From the NCBI GenBank assembly GCA_965230925.1, contig OZ246403.1, positions 138,455-202,454 of the forward strand: 64,000 nucleotides of DNA. The letters are read 5' to 3'. Shown here piece after piece: positions 8,774 through 17,638 of this stretch; the first letter of the stretch is position 1, and the number at the start of each line of letters is the position of its first letter. A program made the translations under genes and the position numbers. The notes beneath the pieces are model-generated. The model searched no databases, was not told the origin of the DNA, and was given only the letters and a program-made list of their open reading frames with translations. The stretch is from an uncultured Candidatus Saccharibacteria bacterium (GTDB lineage: Bacteria; Patescibacteriota; Minisyncoccia; Phycocordibacterales; JACOZG01).

Positions 8774-9319
8774 TTGAAATACTTGGCAGTCATAAGTTCC
8801 GTTATCGCCACATTGGCGATTTTGGCCTTCGGGGTACAAATCTGGAAAACCAACACCCCGCAAAATGTTGCTAGCTGGTTAATGTGGCTAATTCTCAACA
8901 CGATATTATTGTTCGCCTCGATTTCCGCAGGCAATAAGAAGTCATGGATGTTGAGTCTGGGCTACGTAATTGGAGGAGCAGCAGGAACAGCCGCGTTGCT
9001 TTTCCGAGGTCAATGGCATTGGGGAAAAACAGAAACAGTTTGTGCTGTTGGCGCAGCAGTTAGCATGATGGTGTGGAAAAAACTAGGTCCCAAAAAGGGC
9101 TTGGTCGTTAGTGCGATTGCAATCACCATGGCAGGAATACCCGCTCTGAGCGAAGCGTGGCAAACCCACAATCGTGAAAGCTGGTGGCTTTGGACAATCA
9201 TTGCTTTCTGCTGCCTCCTCACCACCATCGGCGCAGAGCGGTGGACTCTGCAAGATCGCTTGTTCCCTATTGTCAGTATGATTTTCAATGGCACGATGGC
9301 CGTCCTTGTTCTTTTGTAA
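8774..9319 (+). CDS. Multi-pass membrane protein (PQ-loop/SWEET-like architecture), paralog of 9512
   Basis: About 6-7 TM helices, ASWLMW, W..TE..C motifs shared with next gene; strong SD. Confidence 0.75.
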   Translation: MKYLAVISSVIATLAILAFGVQIWKTNTPQNVASWLMWLILNTILLFASISAGNKKSWMLSLGYVIGGAAGTAALLFRGQWHWGKTETVCAVGAAVSMMVWKKLGPKKGLVVSAIAITMAGIPALSEAWQTHNRESWWLWTIIAFCCLLTTIGAERWTLQDRLFPIVSMIFNGTMAVLVLL

Positions 9320-9322
9320 AAC

Positions 9323-9372
9323 AACCTGTTCTCGTACGCAGAAAAACCTGCTGAGGACAGGTTTTTCTTTTT
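9323..9372 (+). terminator. Intrinsic terminator
   Basis: aacctgttctc/gaggacaggtt stem with inner gcag/ctgc hairpin, T-run. Confidence 0.7.
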
Positions 9373-9394
9373 AGTTATTGACTATTTGAAAGCC

Positions 9395-9423
9395 TTGACT
9401 TATTCCTTATAGAATGCTAGTCT
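9395..9423 (+). promoter_or_regulatory. Sigma70-like promoter of cassette gene 9512
   Basis: TTGACT-N17-TAGTCT with TG extension. Confidence 0.7.
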
Positions 9424-9511
9424 GTTGGCAGTAAAAGATCGTTGATTTAAGCCAAAAGTGCGGGCTTTTCTAATACGCACTTAAACCATAAAGAGGAAGG
9501 AGGGCTGACAA

Positions 9512-10093
9512 TTGTCAGTAAAAGATATTCTTTCGGCAGCTGCCGGATTACTGTTCCTTGCAGGTTATGTTCCATATATCATTAGTATCTTTCGGGGTAA
9601 CAAGCCGGCAAAGGCCTCCTGGTTAATCTGGGTTAGCCTCGACACCATTAGTTTGGTCGCCATGTATTACGAGAAAACGGTAAACGGCCAAATTCTTGGT
9701 ACAGTAGCAGGAGCCTGGGTAGTTACGGCCCTCGCGATGAAGTACGGCAAACCGGGGTGGAGCAACCTTGATAAGTTCTGCTTGGTTGGGGCAGTCGTGG
9801 GAATCGCTTTGTGGCAATACTTCGATAGTCCAGTCTTGGGTTTGGTTACCAGTCAGGCGGTCACTTTTTTGGGGTCAGTTCCAACATTCGTTTCAGCTTG
9901 GAAAGATCCCTCGCAAGAAGACCGTTTTGCCTGGACTCTCTACTGGCTATCTTGTGTTGCTGCAATGTTTGCAATTCCCTCACCGACAATTGCCCACGTT
10001 ACTCAACCTACAACCTTCTTTATCATCGAGAGTGTCATGATGTACTTACTCTTTGTCAGAAAAAGAGTGAGAATCATTCCTGTTACCGATTAA
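9512..10093 (+). CDS. Multi-pass membrane protein (PQ-loop/SWEET-like architecture)
   Basis: GYVPYIISIFRG.KP..ASWLIW, PT...AWKDP..E...AW; SD GGAAGGAGG. Confidence 0.8.
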   Translation: MSVKDILSAAAGLLFLAGYVPYIISIFRGNKPAKASWLIWVSLDTISLVAMYYEKTVNGQILGTVAGAWVVTALAMKYGKPGWSNLDKFCLVGAVVGIALWQYFDSPVLGLVTSQAVTFLGSVPTFVSAWKDPSQEDRFAWTLYWLSCVAAMFAIPSPTIAHVTQPTTFFIIESVMMYLLFVRKRVRIIPVTD

Positions 10094-10119
10094 GATCGCC
10101 CTCTAAAAATCGATCTGTG

Positions 10120-10165
10120 AGCCCGCTGTCAGTTCCAATGGAACGCGGCGGGCTTTTTCTTTTCT
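10120..10165 (+). terminator. Intrinsic terminator
   Basis: agcccgctg/cggcgggct stem, inner gttcc/ggaac, T-run. Confidence 0.75.
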
Positions 10166-10246
10166 TGGTTTTTATGATAAAAAGATTAGCTGTTGGATAG
10201 AACCTTCCCAAACCATTTTTTCTATAACACGAAAGGAGTCGACGTA

Positions 10247-10438
10247 ATGACAGACTATGACGGTTCCGACACCAGACGTCCCTACGAATGGCCATACATT
10301 GATGACGCAAGGCGAAACAGAAACGGAAGGGTTGAACTCGGGGCGCGACAACGAAAGACGAAAAGCTTTCTTGCCAGCCTTGTCGTGATCGGCGCAGTCG
10401 TTATCGTGTTTTGGAAAATATTTTGGCCTTCGGACTAA
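10247..10438 (+). CDS. Small orphan protein with C-terminal TM helix (63 aa)
   Basis: SD GAAAGGAG before ATG 10247; hydrophobic FLASLVVIGAVVIVFW; terminator follows. Confidence 0.6.
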   Translation: MTDYDGSDTRRPYEWPYIDDARRNRNGRVELGARQRKTKSFLASLVVIGAVVIVFWKIFWPSD

Positions 10439-10477
10439 AGGAGGAAAATGGGTTGATAGTTAAGGCCTGCCTCGGGG

Positions 10478-10499
10478 CGGGCTTTATCTTTGTCTTTTT
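10478..10499 (+). repeat. 22-bp direct repeat copy 1 (3' arm and tail of terminator 10462-10499)
   Basis: cgggctttatctttgtcttttt identical to 11686-11707. Confidence 0.9.
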
Positions 10500-10510
10500 C
10501 AGTATGGAAC

Positions 10511-10539
10511 TTGACGAAATCTATTTAATAAGCTAGTTT
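10511..10539 (+). promoter_or_regulatory. Sigma70-like promoter of cassette gene 10612
   Basis: TTGACG-N17-TAGTTT. Confidence 0.7.
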
Positions 10540-10611
10540 AATAACCAGTTCGGGCCTTGGCCTGAAAGAGTATGTCCTTTGTTGTTTTGTTGCTATTAGG
10601 GAGAAAAAGCA

Positions 10612-11619
10612 ATGGCAAAGAAAAGGAAGGCCTCCAAGCGTATGGGGGTCAAGGAAACGGGGGCGAGATCGCCCAGGAAAAGATCACCACAAAAGAGAAT
10701 GAGCACGGAAACAGATTCGGTAATTCCGGTCACCGTAGTGAAAACTCCTTCAACACCCCAAGTTGACGTGAAAGAAATGGCAAGGGAAACCGGAATTCCA
10801 CTCGACGCCATTAAGTTGGCGCTCGGTTTGCCGACTGACATCTCATTTTCTGATCAGATGTACTTTGGGGACCTCAAACACCTCGGTCCTCTGTGTCGAG
10901 GTCGGGTCCTCATCCAAACGAATCACTTCGCGGCAGAAGCCATCGACCCCGACAAGCTCGAGCGGGTCGTCCTTCCTCTTACACACCAACTGCACAAGCT
11001 AGCCTGTGCCGAATTGGAAAAGGCCAACACCGTTGGATGCAGCAGGGAACGTTGGCGAGAAATCGCCGACGCTCTCGAACCAGGGTCATCGACCTGGTTC
11101 AAAGCTCAAGCGAGAGTAGAAGACATGGGCTTCGAAGAAATTGTCAACGAAACCAATCTTCGCAATTTGATTACAACTCTGAATGGGGGCAAGATCCCCA
11201 TCGGCAGTGGGTTATGGAGCAGGGCAGTTGATGTCTTCCGGGGCTTACTCGAAACAGACTTGCGACGAGCTGGCACGAATGAAAACGTCGAATGGCTACT
11301 CGCACAACGCCAGGGGTTGGAACACCTTGTGTCATTGGATTTCTTTTACAATTGCATGGAGGAATGGTTCCGTGTCACCGACGATGCGGCTGCCCTCGCT
11401 GAAAAACTAGCGGGCAGCGACATCAACCAAAGAAGTCTCGCCTGGAAGGTGGGATCGCAAAAACTCAGTGGAATACTCAGTGATGAGATGAAAACGAACG
11501 ACGAGATTCCACTCGAACGACTCGTCGCAATCTATCAGATGGCTCCTGCAGGAAGCGAAGTCAAGCAGGAAGCGATCCTGAGAATGTCCGAACTCTTCCA
11601 AACATCGGCAGCGGCGTAA
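10612..11619 (+). CDS. Orphan helical protein with basic disordered N-terminus and possible HTH
   Basis: 335-aa ORF with promoter, SD AGGGAG and terminator; VKEMARETGIPLDAIKLAL is HTH-like. Confidence 0.75.
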   Translation: MAKKRKASKRMGVKETGARSPRKRSPQKRMSTETDSVIPVTVVKTPSTPQVDVKEMARETGIPLDAIKLALGLPTDISFSDQMYFGDLKHLGPLCRGRVLIQTNHFAAEAIDPDKLERVVLPLTHQLHKLACAELEKANTVGCSRERWREIADALEPGSSTWFKAQARVEDMGFEEIVNETNLRNLITTLNGGKIPIGSGLWSRAVDVFRGLLETDLRRAGTNENVEWLLAQRQGLEHLVSLDFFYNCMEEWFRVTDDAAALAEKLAGSDINQRSLAWKVGSQKLSGILSDEMKTNDEIPLERLVAIYQMAPAGSEVKQEAILRMSELFQTSAAA

Positions 11620-11685
11620 ACTGTCGGGAAGTTCCAATAGCACCAACCTTTAGCGAAGCCCGTCGTTTGTTCACCAGAACAGCGA

Positions 11686-11707
11686 CGGGCTTTATCTTTG
11701 TCTTTTT
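11686..11707 (+). repeat. 22-bp direct repeat copy 2 (3' arm and tail of terminator 11656-11707)
   Basis: identical to 10478-10499. Confidence 0.9.
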
Positions 11708-11735
11708 GGGTAAAAGAGACTAGAATATCGAAACT

Positions 11736-13049
11736 ATGGCAAGTAGTGGAAAATTTGTAATAAAGGGCTCAGCAAATAGCCGGAATTTGACGGGTGAGGT
11801 GAAGGTGAGCGGGGCGAAAAATGACGCCTTGCCGGCCTTTGCTTCGGCCTTATTGTTCAAAGACGAATTGAACTTGAGTAATGTGCCGGCGATTTCTGAC
11901 ATCGACGCGATGGCCAAACTCTTGAGTGGTCTGGGTGCCACAGTGGAAAGTGAGGGTGGAGAAAGTGGAAGGCCTGCCTTGCCGGCAGGCAGGTGGAAAG
12001 TAGTGTTGGGAAAAAAAATTAGTTCTACCCTCGATCCCGAGATTGCCAAGCGCTTCCGTGGTTCTATTACACTTCTTGGCCCAGTGCTCGCCCGGACACA
12101 TGAAGTAGTTTTTCCACACCCGGGCGGCTGCGTCATTGGCGAGCGGCCAATTGATATTTTCCTCAAAGGCTTCGAGGCGCTTGGCGCCACCGTAACGGAG
12201 CACGATAATCGCTATCACCTCAAGGCACCGGAAGGTCTACATGGTGCAGAGTTTTTCTTTAAATATCAAAGTGTCACCGCCACAGAAACCTTGATGATGG
12301 CCGCGGTTCTCGCGAAGGGAAAAACCGTTTTGAAAAACGCTGCCATGGAACCTGAGGTCATCGCCCTCGGCGAATTCTTGATCCAAGCGGGAGCAAAAAT
12401 TACAGGACTCGGCAGTAATACGATTGAAATTGTGGGTGGCGAATTATTGTCGGGTCAAAACCTTGTTCGCGAAATTATTCCCGATCGCATTGAGGCGGGA
12501 AGCTTCGTGATTCTCGGTGCCCTAGCGGGTAAAAACGTCGCAGTTAAAAATTTAAACGCTAATCATCTCCAATCTCTCACCAACACGCTGACCGAAATGG
12601 GCGTGCAGTTAGAAATTAAACCTGACCAAATTACTATTTTGGGCCGAGCAGAAAAATTGAAGCCGGTGAATCTCCGCACTCATGAATATCCGGGTTTTCC
12701 CACCGATCTCCAGGCACCAATGGCCGTGCTCCTCACTCAAGCGAGTGGCCGAAGCACCATCTTTGAAACTATTTTTGAAGGTCGACTCGGCTATTTAGAA
12801 ACGCTCAAAATGATGGGTGCGCAAGCCTGGATTCATGACCCTCATCAAGCTACGGTTGAAGGACCAACCCCGCTAAGTGGTCAAGAAGTGGTGAGTCCTG
12901 ACCTCCGCGCTGGTCTGGCCTATATTCTCGCGGGTATTGTCGCCAACGGTCAAACGATTGTACACAATGTGCATTACGTGGAGCGGGGATACGAAAAAAT
13001 TGAAGAAAAACTCGCTGGTCTTGGCGTTCAGATTGTTAAAGAAGGGTAA
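11736..13049 (+). CDS. murA: UDP-N-acetylglucosamine 1-carboxyvinyltransferase
   Basis: SGAKN, PGGCVIGERPID, PDRIEAGS, YPGFPTDLQ, DLRAG. Confidence 0.97.
   Translation: MASSGKFVIKGSANSRNLTGEVKVSGAKNDALPAFASALLFKDELNLSNVPAISDIDAMAKLLSGLGATVESEGGESGRPALPAGRWKVVLGKKISSTLDPEIAKRFRGSITLLGPVLARTHEVVFPHPGGCVIGERPIDIFLKGFEALGATVTEHDNRYHLKAPEGLHGAEFFFKYQSVTATETLMMAAVLAKGKTVLKNAAMEPEVIALGEFLIQAGAKITGLGSNTIEIVGGELLSGQNLVREIIPDRIEAGSFVILGALAGKNVAVKNLNANHLQSLTNTLTEMGVQLEIKPDQITILGRAEKLKPVNLRTHEYPGFPTDLQAPMAVLLTQASGRSTIFETIFEGRLGYLETLKMMGAQAWIHDPHQATVEGPTPLSGQEVVSPDLRAGLAYILAGIVANGQTIVHNVHYVERGYEKIEEKLAGLGVQIVKEG
11973..11993. repeat. REP-like palindrome inserted in frame in murA
   Basis: cctgccttgccggcaggcagg (21 nt), encodes PALPAGR. 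Confidence 0.8.
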
Positions 13050-14063
13050 ATGTCGATTTTCACCAGACAATTGGGCATTGACCTCGGGACAGCGAACACC
13101 TTGGTCTTCATGCCGGGCAAGGGAATTGTGCTCAATGAGCCGTCAGTCGTTGCCATTTCTCTCTTCGATAATAAAATTGTGGCGGTAGGCCTGGAAGCGA
13201 AGGACATGGTAGGCAAAACGCCTGACACGATTAAAGCCTATCGGCCGATGAGAGATGGAGTGATTGCCGATTATCGTGTGACGGAAGCCATGTTGCGCTA
13301 TTACATTAACAAGGCGCTCGGAAAATTTAATATTTGGAAGCCAGAAGTAATGATCTCCGTCCCAGCTGGCGTCACAAGCACCGAGCGGCGCGCGGTGGTG
13401 GAGGCGGCGATTAAGGCGGGAGCGAAAAACGCCTTCGTGGTGAAGGAACCAATTCTTGCGGCCATTGGCGCCGGTGTCCCAATTCAAGAAGCGCGAGGAC
13501 ACATGATTGTAGATATTGGCGGCGGAACCACGGATGTGGCCGTAATTTCTCTCGGCGGTATTGTGGCCGCAACTTCCGTGAAGCATGCGGGCAATAAGCT
13601 CGACCAAGCGATTGTGGACTATATTAAAAAGACTTTTAACCTCGCGATTGGCGACAAAACCGCGGAAGAAGTGAAAATAAAAATTGGCTCAGCCGTGCCG
13701 ATTGAAGATGAGCTCGTGCACACGATTAAAGGCCGCGACTTAATGACAGGCTTACCGCGCTTTGCCGAAGTGAAGACGAATGAAATTACAAAAGCAATTG
13801 AGCCAGAACTAAAAGAAATTATTAAAGCGATTCGCACCGTCTTCCAAGAAACGCCGCCCGAGCTCGCGGCAGATATTATTGACCACAGCATTATCATGAG
13901 TGGCGGTTCATCACTCTTGCGCAATCTTCCTGAACTCGTGTATCGCCGCACGGGGGTGAAGGCCACGGTGGCCGACGACGCTCTCTTTTGCGTAGTAAAG
14001 GGAACCGGCGTGGCTCTTGATCACCTCGGGACGTATAAAAAGAGTGTGCTCGCCAAGCGCTAA
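13050..14063 (+). CDS. mreB: Rod shape-determining actin homolog MreB/Mbl (copy 1)
   Basis: GIDLGTANT, EPSVVA, DIGGGTTD. Confidence 0.95.
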   Translation: MSIFTRQLGIDLGTANTLVFMPGKGIVLNEPSVVAISLFDNKIVAVGLEAKDMVGKTPDTIKAYRPMRDGVIADYRVTEAMLRYYINKALGKFNIWKPEVMISVPAGVTSTERRAVVEAAIKAGAKNAFVVKEPILAAIGAGVPIQEARGHMIVDIGGGTTDVAVISLGGIVAATSVKHAGNKLDQAIVDYIKKTFNLAIGDKTAEEVKIKIGSAVPIEDELVHTIKGRDLMTGLPRFAEVKTNEITKAIEPELKEIIKAIRTVFQETPPELAADIIDHSIIMSGGSSLLRNLPELVYRRTGVKATVADDALFCVVKGTGVALDHLGTYKKSVLAKR

Positions 14064-14681
14064 ATGAAACTCGAACATCATGCGTATTTGATAATTGGGG
14101 AAGCGGGGGAATTGATTGCTGATTTAAAAAATTCGCATCCGAGCGCGCGGCATCATAAATTTGAGAGGCTGGGCATTGACGATAGCCGCGCACTTGCCGC
14201 TGATCAAAGTCAAACGGCCTGGAGTGGCGAAATTAAGCTCTTTATTCTCGAAATTGTTGATGCTACAGTTGAGGCCCAAAACGCTCTTTTGAAAATGTTG
14301 GAGGAGCCAACAGCTGGAACTCACTTTATTCTCATCGTACCCTCGGCCGAGATTTTACTCTCAACAGTACGCTCACGATTACAAAAGATATCACCACCCC
14401 CTGCCTACCGGCAGGCAGGCCAACCCTCTTCCCAAAGGGGAGGGGAACACGCTCAAGAATTCCTGAAAATGATTCCCGCCAAGCGGCTTGAGTGGCTTAA
14501 GAACACTGAATTACCAAGTAATTTCCTCGACCAACTTGAGCAAGTGATAGCAGAAAAAAAAGACTTAACCGCTTACGCCGAACTCGCCTTGGTACGAAAA
14601 AAGTGGCACATACCAGGAGCGAGTCATAAATTACTTTTAGAACATTTGGCTGTTACTTTACCGGTTTTTGTATTAAGATAG
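14064..14681 (+). CDS. holB: Truncated DNA polymerase III delta-prime-like subunit
   Basis: HHAYLI.G, EAQNALLKMLEEP, LLSTVRSR. Confidence 0.75.
   Translation: MKLEHHAYLIIGEAGELIADLKNSHPSARHHKFERLGIDDSRALAADQSQTAWSGEIKLFILEIVDATVEAQNALLKMLEEPTAGTHFILIVPSAEILLSTVRSRLQKISPPPAYRQAGQPSSQRGGEHAQEFLKMIPAKRLEWLKNTELPSNFLDQLEQVIAEKKDLTAYAELALVRKKWHIPGASHKLLLEHLAVTLPVFVLR
14394..14445. repeat. Nested REP-like elements in frame in holB-like gene
   Basis: cctgcctaccggcaggcagg (14400-14419) interrupting ccaccc..ccaaccctcttcccaaaggggagggg. Confidence 0.7.
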
Positions 14682-14686
14682 CGGAT

Positions 14687-15241
14687 ATGGCATACGATTT
14701 TGGTAGTTTTAAGAGCAAAGTGAAAGAGGTCGAGACCTGGTTTAGTAAAGAACTTTCCTCGGTGCGGACGGGTCGGGCCACGCCCGCGATTCTTGATGGA
14801 ATTACGGTCAAGGCTTATGGCGGCGAGCGCACACCCGTGTCTCATCTCGCGAGCATTGCGGTCGAAGATGCGCGGACTTTGCGCGTGACCCCGTGGGACA
14901 AGGCTCAGATTAAAGAAATTGACGCCGCCATTGCCACCGCCAATTTGGGGGTCTCGGTCGCGGCTGACGGCACTGGCCTGCGGGTAATTTTTCCTTCGCT
15001 CACAGAAGAAAACCGCGGCACGCTGGCGAAGGTCGTGAGCAAAAAACTTGAAGAAGCTAGAATTAGTTTGCGCCGTGAGCGTGAAGAAGTGTGGAATGAT
15101 ATTCAGGCGAAGGAAAAGGAAGGGAAGTTAAGTGAGGACGAGAAATTTAAAGGTAAAACAGAACTTCAGAAACTGGTTGATGAGGGAAATGCAATGCTAG
15201 ATAAAATTGCGACCAGTAAAGAAACCGAGATTCGCGGCTAA
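14687..15241 (+). CDS. frr: Ribosome recycling factor
   Basis: VRTGRATPAILD, PSLTEENR, LSEDE. Confidence 0.97.
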   Translation: MAYDFGSFKSKVKEVETWFSKELSSVRTGRATPAILDGITVKAYGGERTPVSHLASIAVEDARTLRVTPWDKAQIKEIDAAIATANLGVSVAADGTGLRVIFPSLTEENRGTLAKVVSKKLEEARISLRREREEVWNDIQAKEKEGKLSEDEKFKGKTELQKLVDEGNAMLDKIATSKETEIRG

Positions 15242-15247
15242 ATTATT

Positions 15248-16369
15248 ATGAATATTATTATCTTTCTAATCATTTTGGGTTTACTCGTCTTTACCCATGA
15301 ATTGGGACACTTTTTGGCCGCCAAGAAGTCGGGGATTCGCGTGGATGAATTTGGCCTCGGCTTCCCACCGCGCGTGTGGGGAGTAAAGCGCGGCGAAACT
15401 ATTTATTCGATCAACTGGCTACCGTTTGGCGGCTTCGTAAAAATCTTTGGCGAAAATCCGGATGAAGAATCAACTTCGGGCCCCGATTCGGGCCGAAGCA
15501 TGATTCATAAGCCAAAACATATTCAAGCAATGGTCTTGGTCGCTGGAGTTTTCTTCAACTTCCTTTTTGCTTGGATCTTGATCGCGCTAGGGTTCGCCAC
15601 GGTTGGCATTCCTACAGCAGAAAGTAATTTTGGTAATAATTATCCCCTCGAGAATGCCGCACTGGTGGTGACTGGCGTTCTCCCTGGTTCACCCGCCGAG
15701 ATGGCCGGCTTAGAAGTCGGTGATAAAGTTTTAAAAGTTAGCAATACTGACGGCACAAAGGTTCTCACCGAACCGAGCGCCGAAGAAACGCGACAATTCA
15801 TTGCGGGTTCAAACGGCAAGATAATAATGAGCTTGATCCGCCAACCTGAGCAAAGCACACAGGAAATCACGGTTGAACCCATCACCGGCCTCATTGCTGG
15901 CGAGCCAAACAAGTTCGCTGTTGGCATTGGCCTCGATCGGGCCGGGATTCTTAAATTACCTTTACACCTAGCTATCTGGGAAGGCGGGAGGGCGACAATT
16001 AACCTCACGGTGGCCACGGTGCTCGGCTTCGGCCAACTTATTTCTGAACTCATTAAAGGCGAGGGTAATTTACTCGCGCAAGTGACCGGGCCAGTCGGAC
16101 TCGTAGGTCTCGTAGGTGATGCCAGTCGGCTCGGGATTGCTTACTTACTCTCATTCACTGCGCTTATTTCCATTAACCTTGCCGTGCTCAATCTCGTCCC
16201 ATTCCCGGCGCTTGATGGCGGCCGCTTACTCTTCCTCTTGATTGAGAAAATTAAAGGCTCACCCATCACGCCCAAGATCGCCAATGCCGTTAATCTTGCC
16301 GGTTTTGCCCTCCTTCTCCTTCTCATGCTCGCCGTGACCTATAAAGATATTGTTCGACTCGTTTCTTAA
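15248..16369 (+). CDS. rseP: RseP-like M50 intramembrane zinc protease with PDZ
   Basis: HELGH, GFPP, NLVPFPALDGG. Confidence 0.93.
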   Translation: MNIIIFLIILGLLVFTHELGHFLAAKKSGIRVDEFGLGFPPRVWGVKRGETIYSINWLPFGGFVKIFGENPDEESTSGPDSGRSMIHKPKHIQAMVLVAGVFFNFLFAWILIALGFATVGIPTAESNFGNNYPLENAALVVTGVLPGSPAEMAGLEVGDKVLKVSNTDGTKVLTEPSAEETRQFIAGSNGKIIMSLIRQPEQSTQEITVEPITGLIAGEPNKFAVGIGLDRAGILKLPLHLAIWEGGRATINLTVATVLGFGQLISELIKGEGNLLAQVTGPVGLVGLVGDASRLGIAYLLSFTALISINLAVLNLVPFPALDGGRLLFLLIEKIKGSPITPKIANAVNLAGFALLLLLMLAVTYKDIVRLVS

Positions 16370-16411
16370 TTGTTTGCTATTGTAAAGCTTTTTCAGTAAG
16401 ATTTGGGGGTA

Positions 16412-17638
16412 ATGCGACAAACGCAGCTTTTTAGTAAAACGAGGAAAGAGGGGCCGAAGGATGAGGTGGCGAAGAATGCGTCGCTTCTGGTTCGGGCTGG
16501 TTTCGTCGACAAAGAAATGGCGGGTGTTTACTCTTACTTGCCGCTTGGTTTGCAAGTGTTAAAAAATATTGAAAACTTGATTCGGGAGGAAATGAACGCG
16601 CTCGGTGCTCAGGAAGTGTTGTTGCCATCGCTTCAACCAAAGGAAAATTGGCAAAAAACCGGTCGTTGGGACTCGATGGACGATCTCTATAAAATCCGCG
16701 ATTCGAGCGATCGCGAATTGGCGCTTGGTCCGACACATGAAGAAGTTGTCACGCCGCTAGTGGGACAATTCTTGAGCTCTTATCACGATTTACCATTCTC
16801 GGTTTACCAATTCCAGAATAAATTCCGGATGGAAAAGCGCGCTAAATCTGGCCTCCTGCGCGGGCGCGAGTTCTTGATGAAGGATCTTTACTCTTTCCAC
16901 CGTACGGAAGGTGATTTGAATGAATTTTACGAGCGTGCGATTACCGCGTATCAAAATATTTTTAAGGCTGTTGGTCTGGGTGAAAAAACGTATTTAACTC
17001 TCGCTTCTGGCGGTGCTTTCTCGAGCGAATTCTCACATGAATTCCAAACGGTCACTGATTCTGGTGAGGACACTATCCATCTGTGCGAATCATGCAAGGT
17101 CGCAATTAATGATGAAATTTTTGAGAATCAAAAAACTTGTCCGAAATGTGGTAGCGATAAATTAGAAACTAAAAAATCGATTGAGGTTGGTAATATTTTC
17201 AAACTGGGAACGAAGTATACCAGCGCCTTCGGCGTGAGTTACAAGGACGAATCGGGTACGAACCAAACGCCGATTATGGGCTGTTATGGCCTTGGCTTGG
17301 GCCGCCTCATGGGCACGGTGGCGGAAGTCTTAAGCGATGAAAAGGGCTTAGTGTGGCCGCAAAACATCTCACCGTTTGATCTACATGTTATCGAGTTGCC
17401 AGGCGGTGACGCAAAAATTGTTCAAGACTTAGAGGCTAAAGGTGTAACCATTCTTCATGACGATCGTGACAAGCGGGCGGGGGAAAAGTTTACCGAGAGC
17501 GAACTCCTTGGTCTCTCGTGGCGACTGGTAATAAGCGAAAAAAGTCGCGAAGGTAATTGGGAACTTAAGAATCGCCGCACGGGCGAAGTAATGACCGCAA
17601 AAAATGTGGAAGAAATTTTACGAATTATTCAGAAATGA
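16412..17638 (+). CDS. proS: Prolyl-tRNA synthetase (short form, no INS editing domain)
   Basis: LGPTHEE, GLLRGREFLMKD, IEVGNIFKLG, MGCYGLG. Confidence 0.95.
   Translation: MRQTQLFSKTRKEGPKDEVAKNASLLVRAGFVDKEMAGVYSYLPLGLQVLKNIENLIREEMNALGAQEVLLPSLQPKENWQKTGRWDSMDDLYKIRDSSDRELALGPTHEEVVTPLVGQFLSSYHDLPFSVYQFQNKFRMEKRAKSGLLRGREFLMKDLYSFHRTEGDLNEFYERAITAYQNIFKAVGLGEKTYLTLASGGAFSSEFSHEFQTVTDSGEDTIHLCESCKVAINDEIFENQKTCPKCGSDKLETKKSIEVGNIFKLGTKYTSAFGVSYKDESGTNQTPIMGCYGLGLGRLMGTVAEVLSDEKGLVWPQNISPFDLHVIELPGGDAKIVQDLEAKGVTILHDDRDKRAGEKFTESELLGLSWRLVISEKSREGNWELKNRRTGEVMTAKNVEEILRIIQK

Noticed and set aside
8413-8934. 173-aa minus-strand ORF, and the many other antisense ORFs in the track (e.g. 22644-23237, 32137-32847, 56568-57164)
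   Set aside because: Shadow frames of well-supported genes or spans across promoters/terminators; no motifs or expression signals.
8690-11707. Classical integron with attC sites
   Set aside because: Hairpins lack RYYYAAC/GTTRRRY ends, have U-tails like terminators, the genes carry their own promoters, and there is no intI.
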